DNA of 34,429 nucleotides from an uncultured Lentimicrobiaceae bacterium (GTDB lineage Bacteria; Bacteroidota; Bacteroidia; Bacteroidales; 4484-276): NCBI GenBank assembly GCA_964490385.1, contig CAZBDF010000002.1, positions 1 to 34,429 of the forward strand, read 5' to 3'. Shown piece by piece: positions 32,861 to 34,429 of this stretch (position 1 is its first letter; each line of letters starts with the position of its first letter). The notes under the pieces were generated by a model. It saw only the letters and a program-made list of their open reading frames with translations, ran no database searches and was not told where the DNA came from. The position numbers and the translations under genes were made by a program.

Positions 32861-34429
32861 TTAACGGCTAATCACTACTTTCCTGATTTTCGACAATTCA
32901 CCGTTATGGATTTTTAACAGATACAGGCCTTCGGGGACAGATGAAACATTAAGTTGATTAACACCGGACTTAGTAATAATTTGATTTAAGACCAATTGCC
33001 CCTGATAATTGCACAACTCAATATTAAATGCAGAATTTATATACTCATTAATTGAAATATTAATCGTTTCACCGGCAGGGTTTGGATAAACATCAATACT
33101 TAAATCAGGTGAAATTTCTTCAATCCTAACAAGGTCAGTTTCGTACCAAGCTTCCCATCCATCGGCGCGTGTATCGCCATTGGTGGTAAAAGTGATAAAC
33201 ATTTTTCCGCTTGGTGAAGTAACAGGTAAAGGAAGATTTGGCGGGTTATAAATTCCGGATAATTCAGCAAGAAGCATGTTGGTCGAAAGGTCGTAAATTT
33301 TCAAGACATCAGTATCTTCTTCGGTTTGAAATTTGGTGAAATTTACGGTTAGGGTTGAAGCATCTGGTGGAATAAGCTGCCACATGCAGAGCGAATTATT
33401 CTCATAATAAAACTGATGGCTGCCATCGGAGATTACATCGCTTTGCTCGGTCAGTATTGTCATTCCACTGCACCATTCAGGCCGATCAGTTGAGTAACTT
33501 GCAAAGAAACCGGGAGCTGTACTATCGTTGTCCGAATGAAAAACCAGGAATAATTTATTGCCGGTGGATGAAATTTCGTCAGGTAAAGTGCTTCCTGTAA
33601 GTTCAGCGATGAGTGGGGCATTTTCGTCACCTCCATCATACACCGATAAATAATCCTCATCGTTTTCTATGCTAAATCGCTGGAAAGAAAGGTTGATACT
33701 TGATATTGAATCAAATTCGGTTTGAGGATCGATCAGCCATGAACATTGGGCATTCGGCATATAGTTGTAGCAAGGGCCACTTCCATCATCAATAGTCCCG
33801 TTCATCGAAGTTAGAATTTTATCTCCTGCACAATGCAAAGGATATGCATAGTTTGCAGTGTCCGGGAAGCAATTAACTACAAGTTCCTGGGCAAGGTTAA
33901 AGTTACTTCCACCCGGTGTTAAATTTTCAGTATAAAAATATCCATCATACGATCCACCCCACCCCCAGTTGAAATGGTAAAAGTGGTCGCCCTGATAGCC
34001 ATCAACAATGTAGGCATGTCCGTTAATATTTGGCACCGACCATCCTGCATAATACATCGGGATTTTTTGATCGAGATGTGCCACCAGCAAACTGTCCCAA
34101 TCCATTGAAGTGCTGTCGCGATAAACATATTCCGTTTCGGGCGAATACTTGAAATAACTCCGCATGGTATGTGCGGCTTTGTGGTTGTACATGCCCGAAC
34201 TTTGAGGCCCATAAACCATATCGCAGCCAACGCCAATGTGAAAAATCAATTCGGCCACAGCCATGTTGGTTTCGCTCAATGAATTCGACATTTCATCCCA
34301 TTTGTAAGTGGTAGCACCAAAATCTGCCGAAATTATCCCGTAGTTTGGATCGTTATATGAATATGATCCATTTCCGATTTGTGGATGCCTGAAATAATAT
34401 GCAAGTTGCCCCAAAGCAGTGGCAACGCA
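32861..34429 (-). CDS. Paralogous C10 peptidase with two CUB domains and a T9SS CTD; 5'-partial (runs off the window).
   Basis: The reading frame is open to the window edge. The last codons read CVATALGQLAYYFRHPQ, the catalytic Cys motif, so the track's M at 34414 is an internal TTG. His motif: NGHAYIVDGYQ. There are two CUB-like blocks, and the C-terminus is VYPNPAGETINISI...GLYLLKIHNGELSKIRKVVISR. Confidence 0.9.
   Translation of the reverse strand, partial: CVATALGQLAYYFRHPQIGNGSYSYNDPNYGIISADFGATTYKWDEMSNSLSETNMAVAELIFHIGVGCDMVYGPQSSGMYNHKAAHTMRSYFKYSPETEYVYRDSTSMDWDSLLVAHLDQKIPMYYAGWSVPNINGHAYIVDGYQGDHFYHFNWGWGGSYDGYFYTENLTPGGSNFNLAQELVVNCFPDTANYAYPLHCAGDKILTSMNGTIDDGSGPCYNYMPNAQCSWLIDPQTEFDSISSINLSFQRFSIENDEDYLSVYDGGDENAPLIAELTGSTLPDEISSTGNKLFLVFHSDNDSTAPGFFASYSTDRPEWCSGMTILTEQSDVISDGSHQFYYENNSLCMWQLIPPDASTLTVNFTKFQTEEDTDVLKIYDLSTNMLLAELSGIYNPPNLPLPVTSPSGKMFITFTTNGDTRADGWEAWYETDLVRIEEISPDLSIDVYPNPAGETINISINEYINSAFNIELCNYQGQLVLNQIITKSGVNQLNVSSVPEGLYLLKIHNGELSKIRKVVISR

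Overview
This window looks like Bacteroidota chromosome: about 41% GC, T9SS-type C-terminal sorting domains, and TAnnTTTG-type promoter boxes. All family calls below come from recognising motifs by eye; no HMM, BLAST or folding was run.

Positions 1-30254 (+ strand) hold the distal two thirds of an extracellular contractile injection system (eCIS; Afp/PVC/MAC-like phage-tail-derived particle). The gene order is:
- a small Cis6-position ORF that is missing from the ORF track
- a LysM tube-initiator/hub protein (Cis7-like)
- a VgrG-like spike (Cis8)
- PAAR (Cis10)
- a gp25-like protein (Cis9)
- a large baseplate-J-like wedge protein (Cis11)
- a tail fibre with a peptidase-S74-type C-terminal chaperone domain
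- a 2145-aa Cis12-like wedge protein
- a 1526-aa Ig-repeat protein
- a tape-measure-like protein (Cis14)
- a payload/loading module: a 1413-aa DUF4157 effector candidate, a ParA-family ATPase, a 233-aa DUF4157-only protein, and the Cis15-type AAA+ ATPase

Sheath, tube and cap genes are not in the window and presumably lie upstream of position 1. The locus ends at a bidirectional terminator and a tRNA-Glu(UUC) on the minus strand. Two tandem minus-strand paralogs follow, each a secreted peptidase C10 (streptopain family) with two CUB domains and a T9SS sorting domain; the second is cut by the window edge.

The most unusual observations are:
- About 20 degenerate 50-60 aa beta-beta-alpha modules resembling YegP/DUF1508, inserted in the Cis12-like protein.
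- An orphan ParA embedded between two DUF4157 genes.
- An HNH-like motif plus a beta-rich/hydrophobic C-terminal region in the DUF4157 effector candidate.
- A roughly 60-bp element present twice (window start and 22762-22823) that looks like a shared promoter.
- A 134-nt helix-closed leader followed by a terminator-like hairpin directly upstream of the effector gene.
- Odd GTCATT/AATGAC repeat arrays in an intergenic gap.
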